From: an uncultured Candidatus Saccharibacteria bacterium | GTDB taxonomy: Bacteria; Patescibacteriota; Saccharimonadia; Saccharimonadales; JAGQNJ01 | Assembly (NCBI GenBank): GCA_964602865.1 | Contig: CAZRSX010000003.1 | Location: forward strand, 1,288 to 65,287 | DNA length: 64,000 bases | Direction: 5' to 3' | Program-made: the position numbers and the translations under genes | In this document: positions 33,529 through 43,327 of the stretch, piece after piece | Layout of the letters: the number at the start of each line of letters is the position of its first letter | Numbering within the stretch: position 1 is the first letter of the stretch | The notes under the pieces: model-generated | What the model was told of the DNA's origin: nothing | Seen by the model: the letters and a program-made list of their open reading frames with translations, nothing else | The model's database searches: none

Positions 33529-35123
33529 AGAACTTGTACGGAAGCATTATGAACAAAATGATAGCAAACGTCAGACTATTGTCTCTTATTTCTGGATGCA
33601 TACTTGTGACATTCTGGACATTCCTTCGTTTTTTTCGCTTTAATCTCAACTTTGACCTTGTTGGCCAGCTTGGACTAGCCCAACAGTGGCTAACCGTTAC
33701 TCCGGAAGGCGCAATGATTGGGCCAACGAACTACCTCATTAAGCTATTTTTTGTTTACATACCAACCGTTACCACTCCAGGTTCACCCCTGTTGAAGTTA
33801 GTGTTTATAACCGTTGTTATAAATGTTGCAACCTATATTCTCAGTGTAATTCTACTCGAAAAACTATGGCAGGAACTAACTGACAGACGGCCGCCAAAAG
33901 TGTTTTACCTTGCGGTAATCTGGCTTTCTTTATTGGCTGGTTCAATCTATTGGGTACAATTTTCAAACTCTCGAAACCTTGAGGTTGTTGGCGGTTTATT
34001 AGCATTCCTTTTCGGTCTACGCCTCTTGCATAGCAAATCAAAAAAATTACTTCTGTTGTTTGTTTTGTTTTTAAGCATACTGTTTTTTGCTGATCCACTA
34101 CAAATTTATATGACCATCGTACCCCTACTAATCGTCTGTTTTGTATTCAAATTTTTACGTGTTGATAAAACTATCCATTGGAACTCGGTAGGCAAAGTGT
34201 CCATAGGTGTGCTGGCAGGCCTCGTATTGTCACAACTTTGGCTGCATTGCGCTAAATCTATCCTTGGAATTCGTTTCATAGAAGCAACGACACAACCCCT
34301 CTCCTTTAATTCTGTTATGCACGGAGCGAAACTTGTACCTCGTAGTATGATTCATGTGTTTTTTGGAGGAATAGAATTAGGCAAACCGGTTGGCGTTCTT
34401 AACATACTTATTGTGGGGACCATACTATCGTTCGCATTATTCTATCTTTTTAAGAAACAAATAGTCTGGCGCCAAAAACTGACCATAGCAATCGTAACTG
34501 TAGCAATAGTTAATGTGTCAGTGTATGTACTGAGTGGCCAGTCCGCTATCAGCGGAACATCGCGTTACCTTATCATGCTTGCCCCTTTCTACGCGCTCTT
34601 GATGACTGAGGTACTCCGAATACGTCACAAATCACAAAAATCGCTAATTATTTTTATTGTTGTGGCAGCAGGTATCAACACCCTCTCGCTTTCATACGCC
34701 TTCCTTAGAACATGGGATGCAAACTTTCAAGTCAACAATCACCTATACGCAGTTGAGTCATACTTAAGAGATAAGCAGTACAGCTATGGTTATGCAAGTA
34801 TGGACACGAGCATGCCAGTAAATTATCTTTCAAATCAAAAAGCAAAGTTGTTAGCCTTAGAGTGTTTACCAAACAACTCTGTTAGACAACACTACCTGTT
34901 TTTTGACAGAGCATTTGCGGATAGTCTCACTATGGGTATTGAGGATGACGCAGTCGTCCCTATAGTTCTCGATGGGAGCACAATAGGCAACCACCCCTGG
35001 ACATGTAAAGAAAGTAACCTCAAGAAACAGCTAGGAGAACCCATAAAAATTGAGCGCCTATCCGATCACAGTATAGTACTCATCTATAAGCATTCTGATA
35101 TACAGAGTAGGGTACCCCAATAA
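33525..35123 (+). CDS. polytopic membrane protein, GT-C-like (GtrC/ArnT/PMT-type) putative glycosyltransferase
   Basis: 532 aa. ATGA overlap with the GtrA-like gene. About 11-13 hydrophobic segments followed by a ~130-aa soluble C-terminal domain. Function inferred from position in the Gtr-like trio, not from a motif. Confidence 0.65.
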   Translation: MKNLYGSIMNKMIANVRLLSLISGCILVTFWTFLRFFRFNLNFDLVGQLGLAQQWLTVTPEGAMIGPTNYLIKLFFVYIPTVTTPGSPLLKLVFITVVINVATYILSVILLEKLWQELTDRRPPKVFYLAVIWLSLLAGSIYWVQFSNSRNLEVVGGLLAFLFGLRLLHSKSKKLLLLFVLFLSILFFADPLQIYMTIVPLLIVCFVFKFLRVDKTIHWNSVGKVSIGVLAGLVLSQLWLHCAKSILGIRFIEATTQPLSFNSVMHGAKLVPRSMIHVFFGGIELGKPVGVLNILIVGTILSFALFYLFKKQIVWRQKLTIAIVTVAIVNVSVYVLSGQSAISGTSRYLIMLAPFYALLMTEVLRIRHKSQKSLIIFIVVAAGINTLSLSYAFLRTWDANFQVNNHLYAVESYLRDKQYSYGYASMDTSMPVNYLSNQKAKLLALECLPNNSVRQHYLFFDRAFADSLTMGIEDDAVVPIVLDGSTIGNHPWTCKESNLKKQLGEPIKIERLSDHSIVLIYKHSDIQSRVPQ

Positions 35124-35157
35124 TTAACACTGCCCTTAGTGTAATTTGCCAGATGCT

Positions 35158-36615
35158 TTACACACCGAGGTGTTTTTTGATCAGTTTTTGGGCCAGGCCG
35201 GGGTTGGCTTTGCCTTTCGACTCTTTCATAACCTGGCCAACCAAAAAACCAATGGCTTTTTGTTCACCATTTTTAACGTCCTGGGCCGCTTTTTGATTGT
35301 CATGCAACACTTGCTCGACTATTTTTTCAATTTCGCCCTCGTCGGAGACTTGCAGTAGATCGTGCTCTTTGGCGATCGTTAGCGGATCACCACCTTCGGT
35401 TACGAGCACCGACAAGACCGTCTTCGCGCCGGTCGAGCTGATTTCGTGCCTATCGGCCATCGTTGCAAGTTGTATCAGCGACGTGCTCTCAAGTTTTACT
35501 GACTCCCAGGTTAGTTTATTCTCTCCCACGAGCGCCTGAACCTCGGTAGCTAGCCAATTAGCAATGCGCTTGGCTGTTAGCTTTTCGCATGAATCGATAA
35601 CGGTGAGCATCAGCATGCCAGCCGACACTGCGTCGACGATTGTCCGGACAGCAGAATCGTCTAAGCCCAGCGTACCCAGCTTGTCTCGTAGTTGCGCCGG
35701 CATCGGCGGCATGGCTTTTTTTACAGCCGCGATGGACGCCTCGTCCAAGACGACGGGTGGAATATCCGGTTCTGGCATGTAACGGTAGTCATGTGCCTCT
35801 TCTTTGCCGCGCTGTGACATTGTTTTTTGCTTGGCGTCGTCCCAACCACGTGTTTCTTGAACAATGACCTCACCTTTTTCGAGGAGCTCAATCTGGCGCT
35901 TTATTTCAAACTCGACGGCCTTTTCAACGCTCTTAAAGGAGTTGAGGTTTTTGGTTTCAGTACGCGTGCCGAGTTCACCGTCTTTGCTGACCGAGACATT
36001 CACATCAAAACGCATATTGCCGTGATACAAATCCACGTCTGAGACATCCGCGTATTTCATGAGCAAATACAACTCTTTGGCGTAGGCTTTGGCTTCAGCT
36101 GCAGTGTGCATATCTGGCTCAGACACGATCTCGAGCAACGGTGTGCCAACGCGGTTTAGATCGACCAAGCTGTAGTCGGCGCCGCTTGGATGACTTGACT
36201 TGCCGGCATCGGCCTCAAGATGCGCCCGGGTGATACCAATCTGCTTGGTTACACCATCAATCTCAATAGTGACCTGGCCACCAAGAATAATCGGCTGATA
36301 CAGCTGGGTAATCTGGTAGCCGAGTGGCAGATCCGGATAAAAATAATGCTTGCGATCAAAGGTACTCAATTTTTGCGGCTTGGTGCCGAGTGCAAAAGCT
36401 GCCCGTGAAGCAAGCTCAATAGCCTTTTCGTTTAATACCGGCAAAGCGCCGGGCATACCAAGGCATATGTGGCTAATTAAAGTATTTGGTGCCACACCAC
36501 GCGCATCGTTGCCAACACCGGCAAACAACTTGGTTTTTGATTTGAGCTGTACATGACACTCAATACCAATCGTTGGCAGATACCCCTCAACCAAGTAGCG
36601 TGCTGTGTCACTCAT
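35158..36615 (-). CDS. gatB: Asp/Glu-tRNA amidotransferase subunit B
   Basis: 485 aa. N-terminus YLPTIGIECHVQL, LNRVGTPLLEIVSEPD, and a C-terminal GatB/YqeY domain (IGFLVGQVMKESKGKANP). Confidence 0.93.
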   Translation of the reverse strand: MSDTARYLVEGYLPTIGIECHVQLKSKTKLFAGVGNDARGVAPNTLISHICLGMPGALPVLNEKAIELASRAAFALGTKPQKLSTFDRKHYFYPDLPLGYQITQLYQPIILGGQVTIEIDGVTKQIGITRAHLEADAGKSSHPSGADYSLVDLNRVGTPLLEIVSEPDMHTAAEAKAYAKELYLLMKYADVSDVDLYHGNMRFDVNVSVSKDGELGTRTETKNLNSFKSVEKAVEFEIKRQIELLEKGEVIVQETRGWDDAKQKTMSQRGKEEAHDYRYMPEPDIPPVVLDEASIAAVKKAMPPMPAQLRDKLGTLGLDDSAVRTIVDAVSAGMLMLTVIDSCEKLTAKRIANWLATEVQALVGENKLTWESVKLESTSLIQLATMADRHEISSTGAKTVLSVLVTEGGDPLTIAKEHDLLQVSDEGEIEKIVEQVLHDNQKAAQDVKNGEQKAIGFLVGQVMKESKGKANPGLAQKLIKKHLGV

Positions 36616-37031
36616 AGTGCATTCAGGTCCTTCAACGCTTGGCCGAAGCCTAGAAGCGCATCTTTGACGTCTTTTTCTTTGAGGCGAACCTCAGGATTCT
36701 CTTCCACTTTGCGTGTGAGCTTATGGCCAAACCAAACGGCATCATTGTCGCTGAAACTACGCTGGGCCGACACCAGCCGTTCGCCGGTGTTCTTGCCCTT
36801 GAAACCTTTTTTGATCAGCGCTTTATCGAGAAGCTGGTCGGCTGCGACGAGTGCTTCTGGCCAGGTGGCTTTATCTTTGCAGTATTTTTGTAGCTCAAGC
36901 CATTGTTTTTTGAATTTTGTCTTCTTGACTTTCATAGGAGCACGCCGCCACAACAGCTTTGCTGCAACCGTCACAATCGTCAGCACAACGATGCCTGCTC
37001 CGAGTAGTGCTATTTTTTCTTCTGGACTCAT
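36612..37031 (-). CDS. hypothetical single-pass membrane protein embedded in the gatCAB operon
   Basis: 139 aa. N-terminal TM (IALLGAGIVVLTIVTVAA), then a basic stretch and a helical soluble domain. 4-nt overlaps with both the gatA stop and the gatB start. Confidence 0.65.
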   Translation of the reverse strand: MSPEEKIALLGAGIVVLTIVTVAAKLLWRRAPMKVKKTKFKKQWLELQKYCKDKATWPEALVAADQLLDKALIKKGFKGKNTGERLVSAQRSFSDNDAVWFGHKLTRKVEENPEVRLKEKDVKDALLGFGQALKDLNAL

Positions 37032-38452
37032 TGCAATATCCTTTCTGTTTGGCGGGCAAATCCGAGCAGCGCGCGGTCGTGGTGCTGCGCCGCCATGAGC
37101 TGGAGGCCAACCGGCAACCCATTTGATTCGCCAGCCGGCACACTGACCGCCGGTATCCCAACTAAGTTTGCAGCGACCGTCATAATGTCTGTCAGATACA
37201 TCTGCAGAGGGTCTTCGTTATTCTGGCCAATTTTAAAAGCAGTCGTTGGCGCTGTCGGACCAAGCAAAAAATCCACGCCCTCAAATACTGTATTGAATTC
37301 ATTGATGAGTTTAGTCCGTACAGTCTGAGCCTTTTTATAGTACGCATCGTAATAGCCGCTGCTCAATACATACGTCCCAATCATAATCCGCCGTTTGGCT
37401 TCGCGGCCAAAACCATTACTTCGCGATAGCTCGTAACTTTCGTCAAGATTTGTAGCATTTTTATCACTGTAGCCAAAGCGTTGGCCGTCATAGCGGCTGA
37501 GATTACTACTGACTTCTGCAGGACAAATCACATAGTAGCAAGCAAGTGCGAGATCGATCGACGGCACGCTGACCTCTTTGACGGTAACCCCGGCTTTTTT
37601 CAGTGCATCAATTGCCATCTCGAGTTGTTTTCGAACACCAGCGTCGAGTCCTTCAGTCAAATATTCTGTAATAACTCCGACTGTTTTCCCTTTTAGCGTG
37701 TCGTCCAGCTCGGTGTACGGCGTATGGTCGCGCTCTATCGTCGTACCATCAAGCGGGTCGCGACCACTCATGACATCAAGTACGACTGCCGCATCTTCAA
37801 TATTCATCGTCAGCGGTCCGATCACGTCAGTGCTACTTGCCATAGCAATCACACCGCTTCGCGAGACAAGTCCATAGGTCGGCTTGTAGCCAACTGCGCC
37901 ACAGAAACTTGCCGGCAGACGGATAGAGCCGCCAGTGTCCGTCCCGAGTGCGAACGGCGCCATACCAAGCACGACGCTTGCCGCCGAGCCGCCAGAGGAT
38001 CCACCTGGCACGCGGGTTTTATCATGTGGGTTTTTTGTCGTAAAAAAATCGCTATTCTCAGTGGAGCTACCATGTGCAAAGGCATCGAGGTTGGCCTTGG
38101 CGACACAAATCGCCCCTTCAGCTTCCAGACGTTCAACAGCAGTAGCTTGGTACGGCGCATCAAAGCCTTTGAGGATATTGCTGGCGGCCGTTGTATCAGC
38201 ACCAAACACCAAAAAATTGTCTTTAGCGATAAATGGTACGCCAGCCAGTCGGCCAGGTGATTCGCCATTTTTTATCTGTTCGTCTACGTCCTTCGCTCGC
38301 GCTCGCGCGCGTTTCTCGGTGGTGGCAATAATCGCCTGATAATCGCTGCCAGCTTTGATAGCTGCCAGTGCCTGCTCGACAAGCTCAGCCGCGGTCTGCT
38401 TACCAGCCTGTACGTCTCGAACAATTTCCTTAATCGACGGCCACGTTTTCAT
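37028..38452 (-). CDS. gatA: Glu-tRNA(Gln) amidotransferase subunit A
   Basis: 474 aa. Amidase signature GGSSGGSAASV and GTDTGGSIRLPASFCG. Confidence 0.93.
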   Translation of the reverse strand: MKTWPSIKEIVRDVQAGKQTAAELVEQALAAIKAGSDYQAIIATTEKRARARAKDVDEQIKNGESPGRLAGVPFIAKDNFLVFGADTTAASNILKGFDAPYQATAVERLEAEGAICVAKANLDAFAHGSSTENSDFFTTKNPHDKTRVPGGSSGGSAASVVLGMAPFALGTDTGGSIRLPASFCGAVGYKPTYGLVSRSGVIAMASSTDVIGPLTMNIEDAAVVLDVMSGRDPLDGTTIERDHTPYTELDDTLKGKTVGVITEYLTEGLDAGVRKQLEMAIDALKKAGVTVKEVSVPSIDLALACYYVICPAEVSSNLSRYDGQRFGYSDKNATNLDESYELSRSNGFGREAKRRIMIGTYVLSSGYYDAYYKKAQTVRTKLINEFNTVFEGVDFLLGPTAPTTAFKIGQNNEDPLQMYLTDIMTVAANLVGIPAVSVPAGESNGLPVGLQLMAAQHHDRALLGFARQTERILQ

Positions 38453-38455
38453 AAA

Positions 38456-38749
38456 TTATCCGAGTACTCGCTTGACTTTTATCTGATGTTTTTCAGTCGC
38501 CGGTGCATTCTTCAGCAGATCGTCCGGCTTAGCCTGATAGTCGATAACCTCATCTTCGCGCATAACATTGGTCAGTCCCGTCACTTGTGAAGTCGGCTCC
38601 AAGCCTGTTGTATCAACTTTGGATAACTGCTCGACGTACTCAAGAATCGCTGATAGTTCATCAGGAAAACGCAGCAGCTCTTCTTCGGTGAGCTGCAACT
38701 TGGCTAATCGAGCCAATTTTAAGACATCTTGGGGTGTTAACTTCGCCAT
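38456..38749 (-). CDS. gatC: Asp/Glu-tRNA amidotransferase subunit C
   Basis: 97 aa. LARLAKLQLTEEELLRFPDELSAILEYVEQL is typical of GatC. Confidence 0.88.
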   Translation of the reverse strand: MAKLTPQDVLKLARLAKLQLTEEELLRFPDELSAILEYVEQLSKVDTTGLEPTSQVTGLTNVMREDEVIDYQAKPDDLLKNAPATEKHQIKVKRVLG

Positions 38750-38759
38750 TTGTTCCTAC

Positions 38760-38768
38760 AGTATACCA
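38760..38768 (-). promoter_or_regulatory. extended -10 TGGTATACT, 10 nt upstream of the gatC ATG
   Basis: Minus strand: CTTGGTATACT-GTAGGAACAA-ATG. Confidence 0.5.
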
Positions 38769-38847
38769 AGAGTTCTAAGAAATTTCTTTGTCTTTCTGCG
38801 AAAACGTTATATCATAAGAATAAGCATTGTAAAGCTAGGAAATAAAT

Positions 38848-39939
38848 ATGGCTTCAGTTGTGCCACTCCCAACAGGAAGAATGCCCGAGAACCCTGAGGT
38901 TTGGGCTGGCTCAGAAGTCGCTCCGGTTACTGAACTACACCCCCGTGAAAATGGGGGTGTTTTTTTACCTCCAGTTTTGCCTAGCTATGACACAGTCGTT
39001 GATACTTCATATCGAAAAACACTTAAAACAACCAGGCATGCCGGGATTGGAACAACGTGGGTGGAAGAGTGGCGCATGGATGATGGTACACGCTACCAAA
39101 TTTTAATTGGCGAACCCGACAAACCAGGTATAGATATTCCCGTTATTAAGGACACCGCGCTCGGGACACAGGTAGAAGGCTTTAACGAAGACGTTGCTCG
39201 CCTACTTATGAAACTTCACTTTCCCGTTATCGTCAAAGGTCCTGAGATTGGTAGCTCTATTCCACTTTCTCATAGTGCGCATAATACTCACCAGGTCATG
39301 GATCGCGCAGAGGAAATTGGATTTTTTAGACCAAAAGTTGCCGCAGTAGAAGGTTACTCCCGAGGAGCAATGATAGGATTTGGCACGAATTCGTACGCAC
39401 CTGAGAATGGCCGGCACATAATTTATTCTAACCTTACAGATCCTTGTGTAGAACATGAAATCAAAGTTAGTAGAGAGCAACTTGAAGATCTACGTGAGCA
39501 CGGTCCTACAGAAGTGTTCACAGCAGCCTTACAGCTGGGCAACCTAGTTCTGCACCCCATAAGAGCCTGGCACTACAGGAAAACTGTAGATCTATCCATT
39601 GACGGAGCTCTGCAGTTTTACCGAACAGCTCTACCCGTGTTTAGTGGAGAAGCTGGGCGGCTCTGCAATGCAATGCCACAAGATACCAGAGCTACGGTTG
39701 GCTTCTTTCAGAATAGTATAGGCAATAACGAGAGTGAATACGTTGAAGTTCTAGAGACCTACTATCCAAATATCGTAATTAAACGCACTCACGGCGGTCA
39801 CTTAACTGGTATTGACGAGCAAATATTAGCCAACGTCGCCACCCGTTTTTCTGGGTTAGGAACACAACTGAGAGAAGGCGTAGAGCCAGCCGATATTGAC
39901 TACTCCCTCGTCCATCAACAAAAACCAAAAGCGGCCTAA
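38848..39939 (+). CDS. hypothetical protein, possible alpha/beta-hydrolase fold
   Basis: 363 aa. A nucleophile-elbow-like GYSRG ([13 protein letters not shown]) and a late His (THGGHL). No signal peptide. AGGA SD upstream. GC slightly below that of its neighbours. Confidence 0.6.
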   Translation: MASVVPLPTGRMPENPEVWAGSEVAPVTELHPRENGGVFLPPVLPSYDTVVDTSYRKTLKTTRHAGIGTTWVEEWRMDDGTRYQILIGEPDKPGIDIPVIKDTALGTQVEGFNEDVARLLMKLHFPVIVKGPEIGSSIPLSHSAHNTHQVMDRAEEIGFFRPKVAAVEGYSRGAMIGFGTNSYAPENGRHIIYSNLTDPCVEHEIKVSREQLEDLREHGPTEVFTAALQLGNLVLHPIRAWHYRKTVDLSIDGALQFYRTALPVFSGEAGRLCNAMPQDTRATVGFFQNSIGNNESEYVEVLETYYPNIVIKRTHGGHLTGIDEQILANVATRFSGLGTQLREGVEPADIDYSLVHQQKPKAA

Positions 39940-41897
39940 ATTTTACTCTTGATTTCTTCAATAAGGTCGCGTAGATCGGCTGCTTTTTCAAATTCCAGGT
40001 TGGCAGCCGCCAGATCCATCTGGCTGGTCAGATCACGAATCAGCAAGCCATACTCGTCTTTTGGTATTTTCTTGAGATCAAGTTTTGGCGCATCCTTTTT
40101 CGTGCTGCGCGGCAAGGTGCTTTCTTCGATTTTCTTGGCAATCCCGGCTGGCGTGATACCGTGCGCTTTGTTGTACGCCTCCTGAACCTGGCGACGGCGA
40201 TTGGTTTCATCAATAGCTCGCTTCATACTACCGGTTACACGATCGGCATACATAATAACCCGACCTTCGAGGTGGCGAGCCGCCCGGCCGATAGTCTGGA
40301 TCAGCGCTGATTCGCTTCTTAAGAACCCTTCTTTGTCGGCGTCCAAAATAGCGACCAAGCTTACCTCTGGTAAATCCAGGCCTTCGCGCAGTAGGTTTAT
40401 CCCCACCAACACATCGTACGTTCCTAAGCGGAGCTCACGCAAGATGTCTGAGCGTTCCAGGGTATCAATATCGCTATGCAGGTACGTTACTTTTATGTTT
40501 ATCTCGCGCAAATATTCAGTGAGATCTTCGGCCATTCGCTTGGTCAGGGTTGTTACTAAGACACGCTGGCGCTTGTCAACCGTGTCTTTTATCTCGTTGA
40601 CTAGGTCATCGATCTGCTTGTTGATTGGTCGTATTTCAATCTGCGGATCAAGCAGACCCGTCGGCCGGATAACTTGTTCTGCTGGTTTTGGACTGCGGGA
40701 TAATTCGTATTCACCCGGCGTGGCGCTGACATAGACAACCTTATTGACGTGACGCTCAAACTCGCTGAAAGTCAGCGGACGGTTGTCCAGGGCACTTGGC
40801 AAGCGAAAGCCGTGCTCCACCAGCACCTCCTTGCGCGCACGGTCGCCGTTGTACATGCCGCGGAGCTGCGGAATAGTCATGTGCGATTCATCAATAAACA
40901 TCAGGAAGTCATCCGGATAGTAATCAAGCAGCGTGGCGGGCTGTTCGCCTGGCTCACGGTTGGTGAGATAACGCGAGTAGTTTTCGATACCCTTCACAAA
41001 GCCGGTTTCTTCGAGCATCTCCAGGTCAAACTTAGTACGCTGTTGCAAGCGCTGCGCTTCCAGCAGTTGTCCGTGTTTATTAAAGTAGCCCAGTCGATCC
41101 TCCAGTTCATGCTGGATACTGCCAAGCGCTACCTTGAGCTTATCGTAGGGCGTGACATAGTGACTGCCCGGGAAAATTTGGACTTCATCTTTTTTCTGCA
41201 GTATTTCTCCGGTCAACGGATCGAGTTTGGCAATTCGTTCAACTTCGTCGCCGAAAAACTCAATACGATAGGCGATTTCTTCACCGGCCGGAAATACATC
41301 AACAACATCGCCGCGCACCCGGAAGGTGCTGCGATGAAAGTCAATATCGTTGCGCTGGTATTGGATGTCAGTCAGCTGCCGCAAAAATTTATCGCGTAGT
41401 TTGCGTTCGCCGGTTTTTACTTTGATAGACAGTCCGCCGTAGTCTTCGACCGAACCGATACCATAAATACAGCTCACACTCGCCACAATCAAGACGTCGC
41501 GGCGCGTCAGCAATGCGTCAGTCGCGGCGTGACGCAAGCGGTCGATTTCTTCGTTAATCTGGCTGTCTTTTTCGATGTACGTGTCGCTTTGTGCGATATA
41601 CGCCTCTGGCTGATAGTAGTCAAAGTAGCTCACAAAATAATGCACCGCGTTATTGGGGAAGAATTGCTTGAATTCGTTATACAGCTGTGCTGCCAGCGTT
41701 TTGTTGTGACTGAGTACCAATGTTGGTTTTTGTTGACGGGCCACAATATTGGCCATCGTAAACGTCTTGCCCGAACCAGTTACACCAAGCAAGGTTTGCT
41801 CCTTGGTGTTTTTGGTGAGGCCGTTGTTCAAGGCCGCGATTGCCGACGGCTGATCGCCCGTTGGTTTATAGTCTGATTTTAGTTCAAACTTCGCCAT
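39936..41897 (-). CDS. uvrB: excinuclease ABC subunit B
   Basis: 653 aa. GVTGSGKT Walker A, DESH box (FIDESHMT), beta-hairpin region, and a C-terminal UVR domain ([13 protein letters not shown]). Confidence 0.93.
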   Translation of the reverse strand: MAKFELKSDYKPTGDQPSAIAALNNGLTKNTKEQTLLGVTGSGKTFTMANIVARQQKPTLVLSHNKTLAAQLYNEFKQFFPNNAVHYFVSYFDYYQPEAYIAQSDTYIEKDSQINEEIDRLRHAATDALLTRRDVLIVASVSCIYGIGSVEDYGGLSIKVKTGERKLRDKFLRQLTDIQYQRNDIDFHRSTFRVRGDVVDVFPAGEEIAYRIEFFGDEVERIAKLDPLTGEILQKKDEVQIFPGSHYVTPYDKLKVALGSIQHELEDRLGYFNKHGQLLEAQRLQQRTKFDLEMLEETGFVKGIENYSRYLTNREPGEQPATLLDYYPDDFLMFIDESHMTIPQLRGMYNGDRARKEVLVEHGFRLPSALDNRPLTFSEFERHVNKVVYVSATPGEYELSRSPKPAEQVIRPTGLLDPQIEIRPINKQIDDLVNEIKDTVDKRQRVLVTTLTKRMAEDLTEYLREINIKVTYLHSDIDTLERSDILRELRLGTYDVLVGINLLREGLDLPEVSLVAILDADKEGFLRSESALIQTIGRAARHLEGRVIMYADRVTGSMKRAIDETNRRRQVQEAYNKAHGITPAGIAKKIEESTLPRSTKKDAPKLDLKKIPKDEYGLLIRDLTSQMDLAAANLEFEKAADLRDLIEEIKSKI

Positions 41898-41903
41898 CCC
41901 TCC

Positions 41904-41912
41904 ATTGTAGCA
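41904..41912 (-). promoter_or_regulatory. extended -10 TGCTACAAT, 6 nt upstream of the uvrB ATG
   Basis: Minus strand: CTTGCTACAAT-GGAGGG-ATG, inside the 21-nt gap after the pilin-like gene. Confidence 0.45.
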
Positions 41913-41918
41913 AGAGAA

Positions 41919-42611
41919 TCAATTCTTGAGTTGCAGGGAATTCAGGATTGTAACCATATCCTTGAAGCTCTGGGTCTGCTGCATCGCCTCAATGTCAGTA
42001 AAATTAACGTCTTGCAGCAAACTATCACCTTGCTTGATCTCCACGATAATAGAAGCGTCAACGCCGCTGACGACAGCGCCGGACAGTGTTGTGGCATTGC
42101 CGGTCGCGATACCCTCCCCAGTGACTACTTTTATTGCATTCGCCCGTCCATCACGGTCGCTAGCCCCATAAACGCCTTCTGTAAAAATCACAAACGTATT
42201 CGGAGCATGCTCGTTGTGCAGCGCTACTGCAGCAAAGACCGGATTTTGCGCAGGCATACTAGACGCCTGCAGACCGACGATGCGTATCTGCAGCTGTGTT
42301 TTATCGTCAATCTCAAGTGGTAGCAAATCGAGTGGACCGGTGATAAGAATTTGCTTTATTCCCTCAAGATTTGGATTATCATCTCGTTGAACCGTCCAGG
42401 TTGACGGGTACCGGAAGTTTGCCACGTCATCATCGTACGTTTTGATTTCTGTCTGTTTACTCTCTTCATTACGCTGGCTGGTGTCTGGCTGTGTTTGGTT
42501 GACTTGCTGACTATACACCCACCAGCCCACGCCGGCAACCAGGCCGATGATTATTACTATAAGCAAGACCTCTACAACAGTGAAGCCTCTGGAGTTAAGT
42601 CGCTTTTGCAT
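41919..42611 (-). CDS. prepilin-type N-terminal cleavage/methylation domain protein (type IV pilin-like)
   Basis: 230 aa. MQKRLNSRG|FTVVEVLLIVIIIGLV carries the class III signal (G/FTxxE). Variable globular C-terminus. Own TGCTATATT promoter and AAAGGAAA SD. Confidence 0.8.
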   Translation of the reverse strand: MQKRLNSRGFTVVEVLLIVIIIGLVAGVGWWVYSQQVNQTQPDTSQRNEESKQTEIKTYDDDVANFRYPSTWTVQRDDNPNLEGIKQILITGPLDLLPLEIDDKTQLQIRIVGLQASSMPAQNPVFAAVALHNEHAPNTFVIFTEGVYGASDRDGRANAIKVVTGEGIATGNATTLSGAVVSGVDASIIVEIKQGDSLLQDVNFTDIEAMQQTQSFKDMVTILNSLQLKN

Positions 42612-42652
42612 ATGTTTCCTTTCCGGTTATGTTTATTGCCAATATAGCATCG

Positions 42653-43327
42653 CTAACCGCGCTTTTTCTTGGTTTTGTTTTCGACGAACCAGAACTGATC
42701 TCGATTTTCATATTGATTTAAGATATCCTGATACGCATTCTCAAGAATCGTCTCGACTTTCTCTACCAGCGCAGCCGGATCTGTGTCATACACGACTAAA
42801 CTGCGATGCGGCGCCTCGAGCAGCTCCATAAGCTGCGGGATAATATCTGCGGCACCACCAGAACCGAGCAAAATACCACAGGGTTTGCCGGCTTCGAGTG
42901 CCGAAATAAACTCGTGCAGACTCCCAAAGCGGCCACCAACCGTGATGACCGCGTCGCTTGATTGCACTAAGTACAGATCCCGGCCAACATATTGCAGACC
43001 GGTAAAGTTAATAAAATCAAAATACTCAAACGGCAAGCGGTATTTGCGCAAATGTTCGCGCAGACTACCGGCCGGCGAAAAGCCCACGCTCATGCCGCCG
43101 GCCTTCTTGGCACCTTTGGCAGCATAAAACGGCAAGCCAACCGTAGCTCCTGTTGTCAAAATATGCCCGTGCTTGGCAATCTCGTAGCCAAGTTGCAGGG
43201 CTTCGTCGGCCGAATCTTCAACCGTTGCACCAGCCGCTGCACCAGATACACAGATGGTGAAGCGTAGCTGATGTTTATGCTTCTTGCCATTTGAAGGTTT
43301 CGGGTCTGGCTGGAACAGATAACTCAT
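42653..43327 (-). CDS. TIGR00725 / LOG-like (SLOG superfamily) Rossmann protein
   Basis: 224 aa. ICVSGAAAG ... TTGATVGLP ... VITVGGRFGSLHEF resembles the LOG/TIGR00725 GGxGT..E nucleotide-binding pattern. Start overlaps the stop of the upstream unknown gene. Confidence 0.7.
   Translation of the reverse strand: MSYLFQPDPKPSNGKKHKHQLRFTICVSGAAAGATVEDSADEALQLGYEIAKHGHILTTGATVGLPFYAAKGAKKAGGMSVGFSPAGSLREHLRKYRLPFEYFDFINFTGLQYVGRDLYLVQSSDAVITVGGRFGSLHEFISALEAGKPCGILLGSGGAADIIPQLMELLEAPHRSLVVYDTDPAALVEKVETILENAYQDILNQYENRDQFWFVENKTKKKRG

Noticed and set aside
32159-35123. Mobile element or genomic island boundaries around the low-GC cassettes (also 62104..64000)
   Set aside because: I found no integrase, transposase, tRNA attachment site or flanking direct or inverted repeats, so I report only the compositional deviation, not a mobile element.
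35124-35157. Possible terminator hairpin ACACT-GCCCTT-AGTGT between the GT-C-like gene and gatB
   Set aside because: Only a 5-bp stem with no flanking T- or A-tracts. Too weak to call.
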